A stretch of 64,000 bases of DNA, from positions 3,584,001-3,648,000 of the forward strand of contig OZ253580.1 in NCBI GenBank assembly GCA_965263035.1, read 5' to 3'. A program made the translations under genes and the position numbers. This document shows positions 28,216 to 36,197 of this stretch, piece after piece. Source of the DNA: Acidobacteriota bacterium (lineage in GTDB: Bacteria > Acidobacteriota > UBA6911 > RPQK01 > JAJDTT01). Below the pieces are notes generated by a model. The model was not told the DNA's origin. It did not search any database and saw nothing but the letters and a program-made list of their open reading frames with translations. The first letter of the stretch is position 1, and each line of letters begins with the position of its first letter.

Positions 28216-29205
28216 ATGAGCATCAGTCTGACCCGCCGCGAATGGTTGACCGCTGGCGCTGTGACCCTTTCGTCGCCGAGAATCGTGTGGGGCGCGCGCC
28301 GGAAGTCCATGCACGGGGCGTTCATCATCCTCGCGACTCCCTACACCGAGTCCAAGGAGGTCGATTTCGAGGATCTGGCCGCGGAAGTCGAGTTCCTCGA
28401 CCGTTCCGGGGTCCAGGGCATGGTCTGGCCCCAGAACGCCAGCGAGCTGGGCTGGCTGAGCCGGGAAGAACGAATGAAGGGCATGGAGGTGCTGGCTCGA
28501 GCGGCTCGCGGCCGGTCGCCGGCACTGGTGCTGGGGGTCCAGGGACGGAACACGGAGGCCATGCTGGAATACGCCCGCCACGCCGAGTCTCTGAATCCGG
28601 ACGCCCTCATCGCCATTCCACCGACCGAGGCCAATTCGCTGGAAGACTACCGGGAGTACTACTCGGAGTTGGGACGGCTGACCAGCCGGCCGGTCTTCAT
28701 CCAGACGGGAGGAGGCGCGCCCGAAATCAAGGTCAGCGCCGAGTTCGTTCTGGAGACGGCCCGAAAATTCCCCAACCTGGGCTACGTCAAGGACGAACAC
28801 GAAGTCGGGTTCGAGCATTTCGAAAGAAAGAGAAAGCTTGCAAAACACAGCCCGGACCCGATCAAGAGCGTCCTCACCGCGGGCCGGGCCCGAGCCTGGA
28901 CCTACGAGATGCGCCTCGGGGCCCACGGCGTCATGACGGGCGGTCCCATGTACGCCGAAATCTACGCGCTCATCTGGCGGCTGCATCAGGAAGGTGAACG
29001 GGACCGGCTGCGGGAGGTCTTCGGCAAGCTCCTGATGATGACGATCCTGGAGCAGCACATCCCGGGAGTGAAGCCCTACATGATGAAGCGGCGCGGACTC
29101 TTCAAGACTTCGGTTTCCCGGGTTTGGGAAAATGTCCTCACGCCGGCCCAGGTGGATGAGATCGAGTACAAACTCAAGGGGCTGGAACCCTACCTGAATG
29201 GTTGA
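28216..29205 (+). CDS. DapA/NanA (dihydrodipicolinate synthase family) class I aldolase-like protein with Tat-like leader
   Basis: ILATPYTESKEVDFEDL, SEL..LSREER, GYVKDE Schiff-base Lys; N-terminal LTRREWL. Confidence 0.85.
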   Translation: MSISLTRREWLTAGAVTLSSPRIVWGARRKSMHGAFIILATPYTESKEVDFEDLAAEVEFLDRSGVQGMVWPQNASELGWLSREERMKGMEVLARAARGRSPALVLGVQGRNTEAMLEYARHAESLNPDALIAIPPTEANSLEDYREYYSELGRLTSRPVFIQTGGGAPEIKVSAEFVLETARKFPNLGYVKDEHEVGFEHFERKRKLAKHSPDPIKSVLTAGRARAWTYEMRLGAHGVMTGGPMYAEIYALIWRLHQEGERDRLREVFGKLLMMTILEQHIPGVKPYMMKRRGLFKTSVSRVWENVLTPAQVDEIEYKLKGLEPYLNG

Positions 29206-29256
29206 GGATCTCACCGCATCGGGTACGGCTCTCGACGATGGACCCACCGAGCCCGC

Positions 29257-30480
29257 TCACCGGGAGATTCGAGCATTCACCAGGAGCCGGCGGAACTCGC
29301 CGTAGGTCATGTCCCTGGCGATGAGGTAGCAGGCATCCTCGGCGGTATTGACCACGTCATGCCATCTGTAATCACGCCGGATCCCATTGTAGACCGGTAG
29401 CTTCAACTCGCCATCCTCAGTCTCCAGGGCCAGTTCGGGGGCAGCAGGTTCCGGCCAGCAGAGCATCCCGTGGACCTCCCGGACCTGAAGCTCGAGACCC
29501 TGGACCGGGATCCGGGCGTAGAGTAGGGGATCCTTCAGCCGGCACCAGGCTCGAGTGTACAGGCCCACCAGGCGGGCTCCGGTGCCTTCCCAGAGATAAA
29601 GACGCAGATTAGCGTCCAGATCGACCCGCTCCCGAAATCGGGATCCCATCAAAAACGAGGCTCCGCTGACGGACAGGTCGTATCGGTTGTCCACTGGGGT
29701 CTGAAGTCCCAGATAGGGGACCAGCATCTGCTTGTAGGTCATGGCGCACTGCTCGAACCCCTCGCCGAAGGCGACTCCCTGGGTCGTGGCCGCGTCGAAT
29801 CTCAGGTTGTGTTTCCGGAATTCGTTCCGGATGTCTGATGCAGCCATGCGGCTGTAGTAGAGCACTTCCAGCACGGCCGGATTCCAGGTGGCGGCCACCG
29901 CGCCCGCCTCGTCGATGGCCTCCCGGATCTCCGCCTCCAGCTCTTCCTGGATCTCCGGAGGCACCCCATCGAGGAACTCGGCGCGGCCTGGAAGGTCCGG
30001 GTCAGCCAGGAATTGCTCCAGAGGATGGTCCAGATTCCGCCAACCCGCCGGCGGATGCCTCAGTTCCCGGTCCACGACGATGGCTCGCCGGCCCAGAGTG
30101 CGGCTGGCGTATTCTTGCAACTTGAGCATGGGCGCCTCGTCCCCGATGGGAAACAGGAGCAGGACCTCGTCCGGCTTCATCCTGGACATGAGCTCCTTCT
30201 GGAGACGGTTGACCTCCAGTTCCTTCTGGTAGGTCGCGTCCCAGACGGGCCGACTGTAGGGACTGTGTTGGTCCCAGTCTCCCGGCGGGGGATCGAGGCC
30301 CGCCGTCTGCCAACACACGGGGTGGAACATGAAGTAGATCTGCCGGACGTTCAGCGGGTCGGTCCCTGCATCGGCTTCGGAAGAGGTCCCGCCGCAGCCG
30401 GTCAGAAGCAGAACGGCGGCCAGGATGCTCAATCGGACATGAATTCCGAGCCGCGGGAAATGACGGAGTTGAGGGGTCAT
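29257..30480 (-). CDS. Hypothetical lipoprotein
   Basis: Lipobox LLLTGC; long ORF consistent with neighbouring gene orientation. Confidence 0.7.
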   Translation of the reverse strand: MTPQLRHFPRLGIHVRLSILAAVLLLTGCGGTSSEADAGTDPLNVRQIYFMFHPVCWQTAGLDPPPGDWDQHSPYSRPVWDATYQKELEVNRLQKELMSRMKPDEVLLLFPIGDEAPMLKLQEYASRTLGRRAIVVDRELRHPPAGWRNLDHPLEQFLADPDLPGRAEFLDGVPPEIQEELEAEIREAIDEAGAVAATWNPAVLEVLYYSRMAASDIRNEFRKHNLRFDAATTQGVAFGEGFEQCAMTYKQMLVPYLGLQTPVDNRYDLSVSGASFLMGSRFRERVDLDANLRLYLWEGTGARLVGLYTRAWCRLKDPLLYARIPVQGLELQVREVHGMLCWPEPAAPELALETEDGELKLPVYNGIRRDYRWHDVVNTAEDACYLIARDMTYGEFRRLLVNARISR

Positions 30481-30602
30481 GTTCTGTCTTCAGAACCGAT
30501 TCTTGGGGGCACGTGTAGCACGCGGCCGTAACCCGGACAGGGGCCGGAGAGCGGATGGATCGGTTGGTTTCACTGGTTCCCGCTGGAGCGGAAACCATGC
30601 AG

Positions 30603-31925
30603 TCAGGGCCGGACGTTGATCCGGCGCGCTTCGTACAGCGTCTTCATGTCCCGCAGGAAATGCTCGCTGTCGTGCTCCCAGAGCCGGAGGGTTTCTCCCA
30701 GCGATTTCCCCGGCAGGACGAACCGATACGAAAGCACGACGCATGAATTTGGCCCGGTGGCTGCGATCTGGGTGTACCCCTGCGTCAACGGTTCGGCGAT
30801 CTTGCGGGGCCGGCTCCAGGTATAGCCCTTGTCGGGACTGAACATGACGTAGTCTCCGGCGGCCTCCGAGGGATCTTCGATGCCGACTTGGCGCTGGTAG
30901 CGCTTGCGATAGTCGGCGAGGCCCGCGGGATAGTACCCGCCGTTGGGATCTTCCCAGTAGATGTACCGCATGGGGCGCCAGCCGAAGCTGCAGACCAGAA
31001 TCCCGTTGTCCAGAAGGGTCATTTTCGGCTGCAGCCCCAGCGTCTCCAGAGAGACCGGCTCGCTCCAGGTCTGTCCTCCGTCCAGGGAACGGCACTGAAA
31101 AAGCGGCGCATAACGGCCGGTCCGCATGATCACCAGCAGCTCGCCGCCGCCGAAATCCTCGAAGGCCGGTTCGCAGAAACTCTCCTGTCCGGTCTTGCCG
31201 TCGTAGGCGATGGTCGAGAGATACTCCCAATTCTTGCCGTCATCGTTGGAGGACAACATGTAGGTGCGGTACATGGGCGCCACGCCCAGTGTGGGAGCGA
31301 ATCCGCTGATGGGCACGTCGTCGCCGACGAAGTTGCCATAGGACAGAGCCAGCAGAGTGCCATCCGACAGCTCATGGGCGAGTTCAACCATGGGAGCTTC
31401 GAACACGGTTTTGTAGTCGTCCCCGATGACGGCCTTGAACCGGGGCACGGAGATGTTGGTCTCGATCCATGACCTATCGTCAACCTTCGCGAAGTCGGTG
31501 AGTCCGTCCAAGGTCATGCGCCCGGCGAGAAAGACCCCTGGCCGTTCCGACGGTCTCGCACCCCGCTTGAGCAGATAGAATGAGCCGTCCCGCCGTTGAA
31601 GCAACTGGAATCCCGAGATCGGAACCTGTTGCCGCTGCCAAGTGAGGCCGCCGTCGGTTGAACGCAGGATCTTGTCGGTTGTCCCACTGAGGATGATGGA
31701 TCCGTCGAGCAGCTTGAGCAGTGGTGTGAGAGGAAGGTAATAGGGGGGCGCCGCCCCTTCTCCATGCACGATGGAGGGCTCGGAGACGGTCACCGAAGTG
31801 ACCGCGGCCCGGGAATGAAGCAACGTCGGTTTCGATGAAGGCGTGGTCGCAGAGCCGTGCACGGCGGCGATGCCGACTCCGAGCAGACAACTCGCCGTCA
31901 GGGTCCTGGCCGCAGGGACAAACAT
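30603..31925 (-). CDS. Sialidase-like (BNR/Asp-box) exported protein
   Basis: STDGGLTW, SNDDGKNW, SLDGGQTW, SPDKGYTW Asp-boxes; FCEP and IMRT; signal peptide. Confidence 0.8.
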   Translation of the reverse strand: MFVPAARTLTASCLLGVGIAAVHGSATTPSSKPTLLHSRAAVTSVTVSEPSIVHGEGAAPPYYLPLTPLLKLLDGSIILSGTTDKILRSTDGGLTWQRQQVPISGFQLLQRRDGSFYLLKRGARPSERPGVFLAGRMTLDGLTDFAKVDDRSWIETNISVPRFKAVIGDDYKTVFEAPMVELAHELSDGTLLALSYGNFVGDDVPISGFAPTLGVAPMYRTYMLSSNDDGKNWEYLSTIAYDGKTGQESFCEPAFEDFGGGELLVIMRTGRYAPLFQCRSLDGGQTWSEPVSLETLGLQPKMTLLDNGILVCSFGWRPMRYIYWEDPNGGYYPAGLADYRKRYQRQVGIEDPSEAAGDYVMFSPDKGYTWSRPRKIAEPLTQGYTQIAATGPNSCVVLSYRFVLPGKSLGETLRLWEHDSEHFLRDMKTLYEARRINVRP

Positions 31926-31956
31926 TGGATCTCTCCTGGCTGTCGAAGGTTTCGTG

Positions 31957-32079
31957 TCATGGCAAGGCGAAGGCCACCGGCTTTCCTCCGGCCGACTTGG
32001 TGTAGTCGTTGTCCCCGCCCGCGGCGATGCCCACGAACTGTTTTCCGGTCGTGCCCGAGAGCAGAGACGTCACCATCAT
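31957..32079 (-). pseudogene. C-terminal remnant of a PQQ-dependent (glucose/quinate-type) dehydrogenase
   Basis: GKQFVGIAAGG...GGKPVAFALP* matches the characteristic PQQ-dehydrogenase terminus; only 40 codons. Confidence 0.6.
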
Positions 32080-33173
32080 TGAGTTCCGGAATGGCGGGAA
32101 TCTGTCGCTGCGGAACCAAGGGGGAGGCGGATCGAGGTCCCCGTTTCCGACGAGAGCCGGGTGGCTTCGACCATCTCCACGGCCGCCCTTCCGTCCTCGC
32201 CCGTGACGGCGGGATCTCTGTGGTTTCGAACGGCGTCGATAAAGTCCTGGACCTGCGTATGGTAAGCCACCAACCGCTGCGGTGAATAGAGATTCTGTTT
32301 TCGCTGCGCGTAGTTCCAAATGGGGGGCTGTTCCCAGACCTCCTCCCAACCTGCGCCGGCAGCCAATTTCAGCTTCCCGAACCCGTCACAGTCCAGAAGC
32401 CCGTTCTCGCACCAGATCCGGGCCCGGTAGCGGCTGTGAGGAAAGCCGGGGGAGGGAATCTCGTGACTCATCCAGATCTGGGCGCCGGCCCCGCCCGAGA
32501 ATCGGACCTGAGCCAGGGCGGACTGGGCGCGCCATGCGGGGCCGTGAAAGGAACCGACGCTGCCGGTCACCGATTCCGCGTCCTGCCCGGTGAGCCAGAA
32601 CAGCATGTCGAACATGTGGGCGCCGCGGGCCAGAAACGCTCCTCCGGCGGCCGGTTCCTCGAGCCAGCTCTGGCCGGTGACCCCCAGCAGTGGCCAGAGG
32701 GCCATGAAGTGGATCACCCGGACCGCACCCAGCGAGCCCGTCTCCAGAATCCCGTGGGCCCGGGAGAAGACGCCTCGAAATCGCAGGGACTTGATGACTC
32801 CGAGGCGGCGCCCGGCCCGGCGGGACGCGCCGATCATGGCGTCGCAGTCCGCGAGTCTCGTGGCCATGGGGTTTTCCACCAGGACGTGCTTTCCCTTCCG
32901 GGCGGCGGCGATGGAATGCTCCGCCAGGACCTGGTGAGGTGCGGCGATGATGACGGCGTCGATATCGTCGCGCGAGAGCAGGGAATTCACATCGGGTTCG
33001 GCATCGATTCCGTACCCAGCGGCAAATTCAGGCACCCGGGAGCCGCCCGCCACCGCCAGCAACCGCGCGCCCTCATTATATTGGAGCAGGCATCGGGCGT
33101 AGGTGTGATTCATATGCCCTGCGCCCACCAGACCGAATCTCACCATTTCGACTCCGTGCATTCCAGCCCGCAA
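32076..33173 (-). CDS. Gfo/Idh/MocA family oxidoreductase with atypical catalytic motifs
   Basis: RFGLVGAGHM Rossmann motif, DIDAVIIAAPH, GKHVLVENPMA, GAHMFD, C-terminal VTGEDGRAAVE. Confidence 0.88.
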   Translation of the reverse strand: MRAGMHGVEMVRFGLVGAGHMNHTYARCLLQYNEGARLLAVAGGSRVPEFAAGYGIDAEPDVNSLLSRDDIDAVIIAAPHQVLAEHSIAAARKGKHVLVENPMATRLADCDAMIGASRRAGRRLGVIKSLRFRGVFSRAHGILETGSLGAVRVIHFMALWPLLGVTGQSWLEEPAAGGAFLARGAHMFDMLFWLTGQDAESVTGSVGSFHGPAWRAQSALAQVRFSGGAGAQIWMSHEIPSPGFPHSRYRARIWCENGLLDCDGFGKLKLAAGAGWEEVWEQPPIWNYAQRKQNLYSPQRLVAYHTQVQDFIDAVRNHRDPAVTGEDGRAAVEMVEATRLSSETGTSIRLPLGSAATDSRHSGTQ

Positions 33174-33334
33174 TGGTTCACCAGGTTGCTGCGGGTTTGT
33201 TGACGGAAATCCTATCGTCAGCGCCGTTCCAGTGTCATATCGGAGCCTCCAGGCAGGATATTCCGACCGCTCGGTTTCTCGCCGCGCGCGGTGTGTCCGG
33301 CTGCCGACTCACTCGAACCACCCCGCGGCACTAT

Positions 33335-36148
33335 TCATCTGAAGGTGAAACCGTAGAGGCGTGCTTGGCCGGAGAGCCGGAAGCGGAGCCTCAGAGTTCC
33401 CGAGTGCGGAAGCCGGAGCTGCCGGCCCTTGGACCACCGCACCGGGATCGCCACTCCATCTTGGTCCAGGACGGCGCCGGTGGCTAGCACCTGCTGTCCG
33501 TCCATCAGCTCGACGGCAATTTGACCCGCGCCGCCTGAGAGCCCTTCGGCATTGAGGTCAAGTTGCAGAGAAGAATGGACTCTTTCCAAGGGAATCGTGT
33601 CGAACCAGCCGGAGTCTTTCCCTTCGGCCACTTCGAGGCTCACGAATCCGTCCCGCCGGATGGTGGCCAGCCCGGTTTCCATGGGAAGATCGATCCAATC
33701 GTGAAGGGGTCCGATGCTCACGGGGCCGCCGGAGTAGTAGAGCCACAACTCGTCTCCTACCTGCACCGGTAAATTCACGGGAGAGATCCAGGCGGCATCC
33801 CAACTACCGGGTGGCCCCAATTCGACGGCGGGGACGCCGTCGCAGACATGGACGAAATTGCGGCCGTCCCGGCTCACCGCCAGCTGTTGGGGACTCAACT
33901 GCAGAGCGTCCCAGGCATCGAACAGACCCAGATAGACCTGTCCCTCGACCCACACGGACATGGCGTGCTGCTCCACCTCGGTCCCGGCCCGCGGCTGAAG
34001 GATGGGATTCTGCGGGTCCGCCGTCCACCGGATCAGGTCGGGACTCCAGTAGCGGCAGGTTCGGCGAGTGTAGCGCGGGGAGAGCAGGCCGCTGCCGAAA
34101 CAGTGACGCCCGAACACCTTCCAACGACGTTCCGGATCCGTCTCCAGCTCGTCGTAGAAGAGGTTTCTCCGGTCTCCGAAGCGGCCCGGATTGGTCCCTC
34201 CTCCAGGAAGCCGGTCCGGATTGACCCAAAACCCTTCGGTCCACCGGTAGCCGTCAGCCGAATAGTGGAGGCGGTTCCCCCCCGAGTGGTCCACCAGCGC
34301 CTTGTAGCGCTTCTTCGGGTCAGGGTCCTGCTCGTCTTTCACGACCATGGCCCAGTGCCCGCTTGGCCGATAAGCTAGATTCACAATATTGTTTTCCGTG
34401 GAACCCCGGTACTCCACCTGATCCAGGACGGGCTTGACCCAGCGGATGCCGTCCTCGCTCTCGGCGTAACCGACTCGATAGCCGCCCGAGGTCCCGCTTT
34501 TCAAGGAATCCCGGTCGGTGCCTGAGTACCACATTCGAAACCGGCCTTCATCGAGTAGGACTTCTCCGTAGGCGATGGCCCTGCCATCGTCCCAGCTTCC
34601 AGGGGGACCCCTGCGCAGAACCGGGTTGGCCGGGTGCTTCCGCATGGGGTGGAAAGAGCGTTTCAGGCCGTTGAGAACGCTCACTTCCTTTAAATCCAGG
34701 AATAGGACCCTTCGGCCCGGCGCCGGTTTCAAGTCAGGAACCTTCAGGACGTCGAAGTAGACGCCTCCGTCCCGGCCGCGGGTGGCGAGGGCCATCCCCA
34801 GAGTTCCGGCGTGCCGGCCCCGGCCTCTCCCCACGGTGTGGAAATGACTCAGGGAAGGGGCTCGCGTCGCCTCTTCGTGGGATACCGGATCTCCGCCGAC
34901 CGTCCGGCCCGCATACGGAGCGCCGAACCGGGAGCCAAGCCAACGAGAGTAGAAGGTATGACTCCGGGTCGTGTTGGTCCAGAACACCCACCCCACGTCG
35001 TGTTGATCCCGGACCAGGATGGGATGATGGGTGTGCTCCTGCCCCGTGTGCAGTCCCTGGACCGACCAGGTTTCGCCGTCGAAGAAGGCATAGAGGATCT
35101 GATGTTCCACCTTCTCCCAGGCCACCAGGGCTTGCCGGCCCCAACCGATGACGCTGTGGCTGACGAAACCGGTCCCGTTCCAGGGGACCCAAGGGGCGGA
35201 GGAGGCAAAGTCGTGTTGACGTTGGAAATCCTCCACGAAGTTGGGGAATTGGAGGTAGAAGAGATGGTTGAACCCCTTTCTTGACGACGTCAGATGCAAC
35301 GTTCCGAAGCGGTCCAGGTCGGCGGCCGGAGCACCGAAGTCACCCGGCCGCGTCAGCGGCCGCCCGATCCAGTCTCCATTCCTGGGCGAGGCGGCCCAGA
35401 GCTGCCGGGTCGGCTGACGGGCTCGTCTCGAATAGCGTTGTCCCTTGTCCTGGACCGCATAGATAGTCTTGGAAGACGATTGGACGACCTGACTGTAGAG
35501 AACCCAGGGCCGTCCCCCGGCGTCGGACACAAGATCTCCCAGTTGGACCCCTTCGCCCTGGTCGAGCCTTTCCGGGCCCGGGGTCCTGCCGTCGGCCCGG
35601 GTCCACTTTTTCTTCTGGGAGAGATTGGCGGAAGGGTCCTCGTCTCCGACGGGGCAACGGGCGTACCAGATTCCTTCGGGCTCGGAACTCTGGAAGACCA
35701 GATGCAGGACGTCGTCCTGGTCGATCACGAGGCTTGCTGCCCGGGCCCCCCGAAACGGACCGGTCAGGACGGACTGGCCCGGCCCTCCGGCGACCACCAC
35801 GGAAGAGTGAAAATCGCCGGCAATTTCAGGCTCGGCAGCTCTGGACACCGACAGGTGGATTGCGAGGTGCCCGCCGTCTGTGCCGTCGTGGGCCAGGAAC
35901 CAGATTCCCTTGGAGTTGCTGGCGATCTGCCGCCCGTTGGTCCGAGGGAAAGGGGGCGCCCCGTTGTGGCTGCCTGTCCTTAGAGTCAGGACCGCGGCCG
36001 CGTCGGGCATGGCCCAGAGACAACCTATCCAGAAGATGAGCCCGCGTGCAAAAGTGCGGGTCCGGACCCTGACCAAGCCGCAAGATGCCCGACGATGGAT
36101 CCGGGATGATGGTCGGCACGTGGGGCGAGAACCGGGAGATTCGCCCAT
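33335..36148 (-). CDS. Large exported protein with C-terminal GH32/GH130-like five-bladed propeller
   Basis: KHPANPVL..G..GSWD, FRMWYSG, YAESEDGIRWVKP, LWLYYSG, GLATIRRDGFVSL; start codon uncertain. Confidence 0.7.
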   Translation of the reverse strand: MGESPGSRPTCRPSSRIHRRASCGLVRVRTRTFARGLIFWIGCLWAMPDAAAVLTLRTGSHNGAPPFPRTNGRQIASNSKGIWFLAHDGTDGGHLAIHLSVSRAAEPEIAGDFHSSVVVAGGPGQSVLTGPFRGARAASLVIDQDDVLHLVFQSSEPEGIWYARCPVGDEDPSANLSQKKKWTRADGRTPGPERLDQGEGVQLGDLVSDAGGRPWVLYSQVVQSSSKTIYAVQDKGQRYSRRARQPTRQLWAASPRNGDWIGRPLTRPGDFGAPAADLDRFGTLHLTSSRKGFNHLFYLQFPNFVEDFQRQHDFASSAPWVPWNGTGFVSHSVIGWGRQALVAWEKVEHQILYAFFDGETWSVQGLHTGQEHTHHPILVRDQHDVGWVFWTNTTRSHTFYSRWLGSRFGAPYAGRTVGGDPVSHEEATRAPSLSHFHTVGRGRGRHAGTLGMALATRGRDGGVYFDVLKVPDLKPAPGRRVLFLDLKEVSVLNGLKRSFHPMRKHPANPVLRRGPPGSWDDGRAIAYGEVLLDEGRFRMWYSGTDRDSLKSGTSGGYRVGYAESEDGIRWVKPVLDQVEYRGSTENNIVNLAYRPSGHWAMVVKDEQDPDPKKRYKALVDHSGGNRLHYSADGYRWTEGFWVNPDRLPGGGTNPGRFGDRRNLFYDELETDPERRWKVFGRHCFGSGLLSPRYTRRTCRYWSPDLIRWTADPQNPILQPRAGTEVEQHAMSVWVEGQVYLGLFDAWDALQLSPQQLAVSRDGRNFVHVCDGVPAVELGPPGSWDAAWISPVNLPVQVGDELWLYYSGGPVSIGPLHDWIDLPMETGLATIRRDGFVSLEVAEGKDSGWFDTIPLERVHSSLQLDLNAEGLSGGAGQIAVELMDGQQVLATGAVLDQDGVAIPVRWSKGRQLRLPHSGTLRLRFRLSGQARLYGFTFR

Positions 36149-36197
36149 GGGGATGATTTCGCCGGCGGACTCCGCGCGATGTGGAATCATCGAGCCG

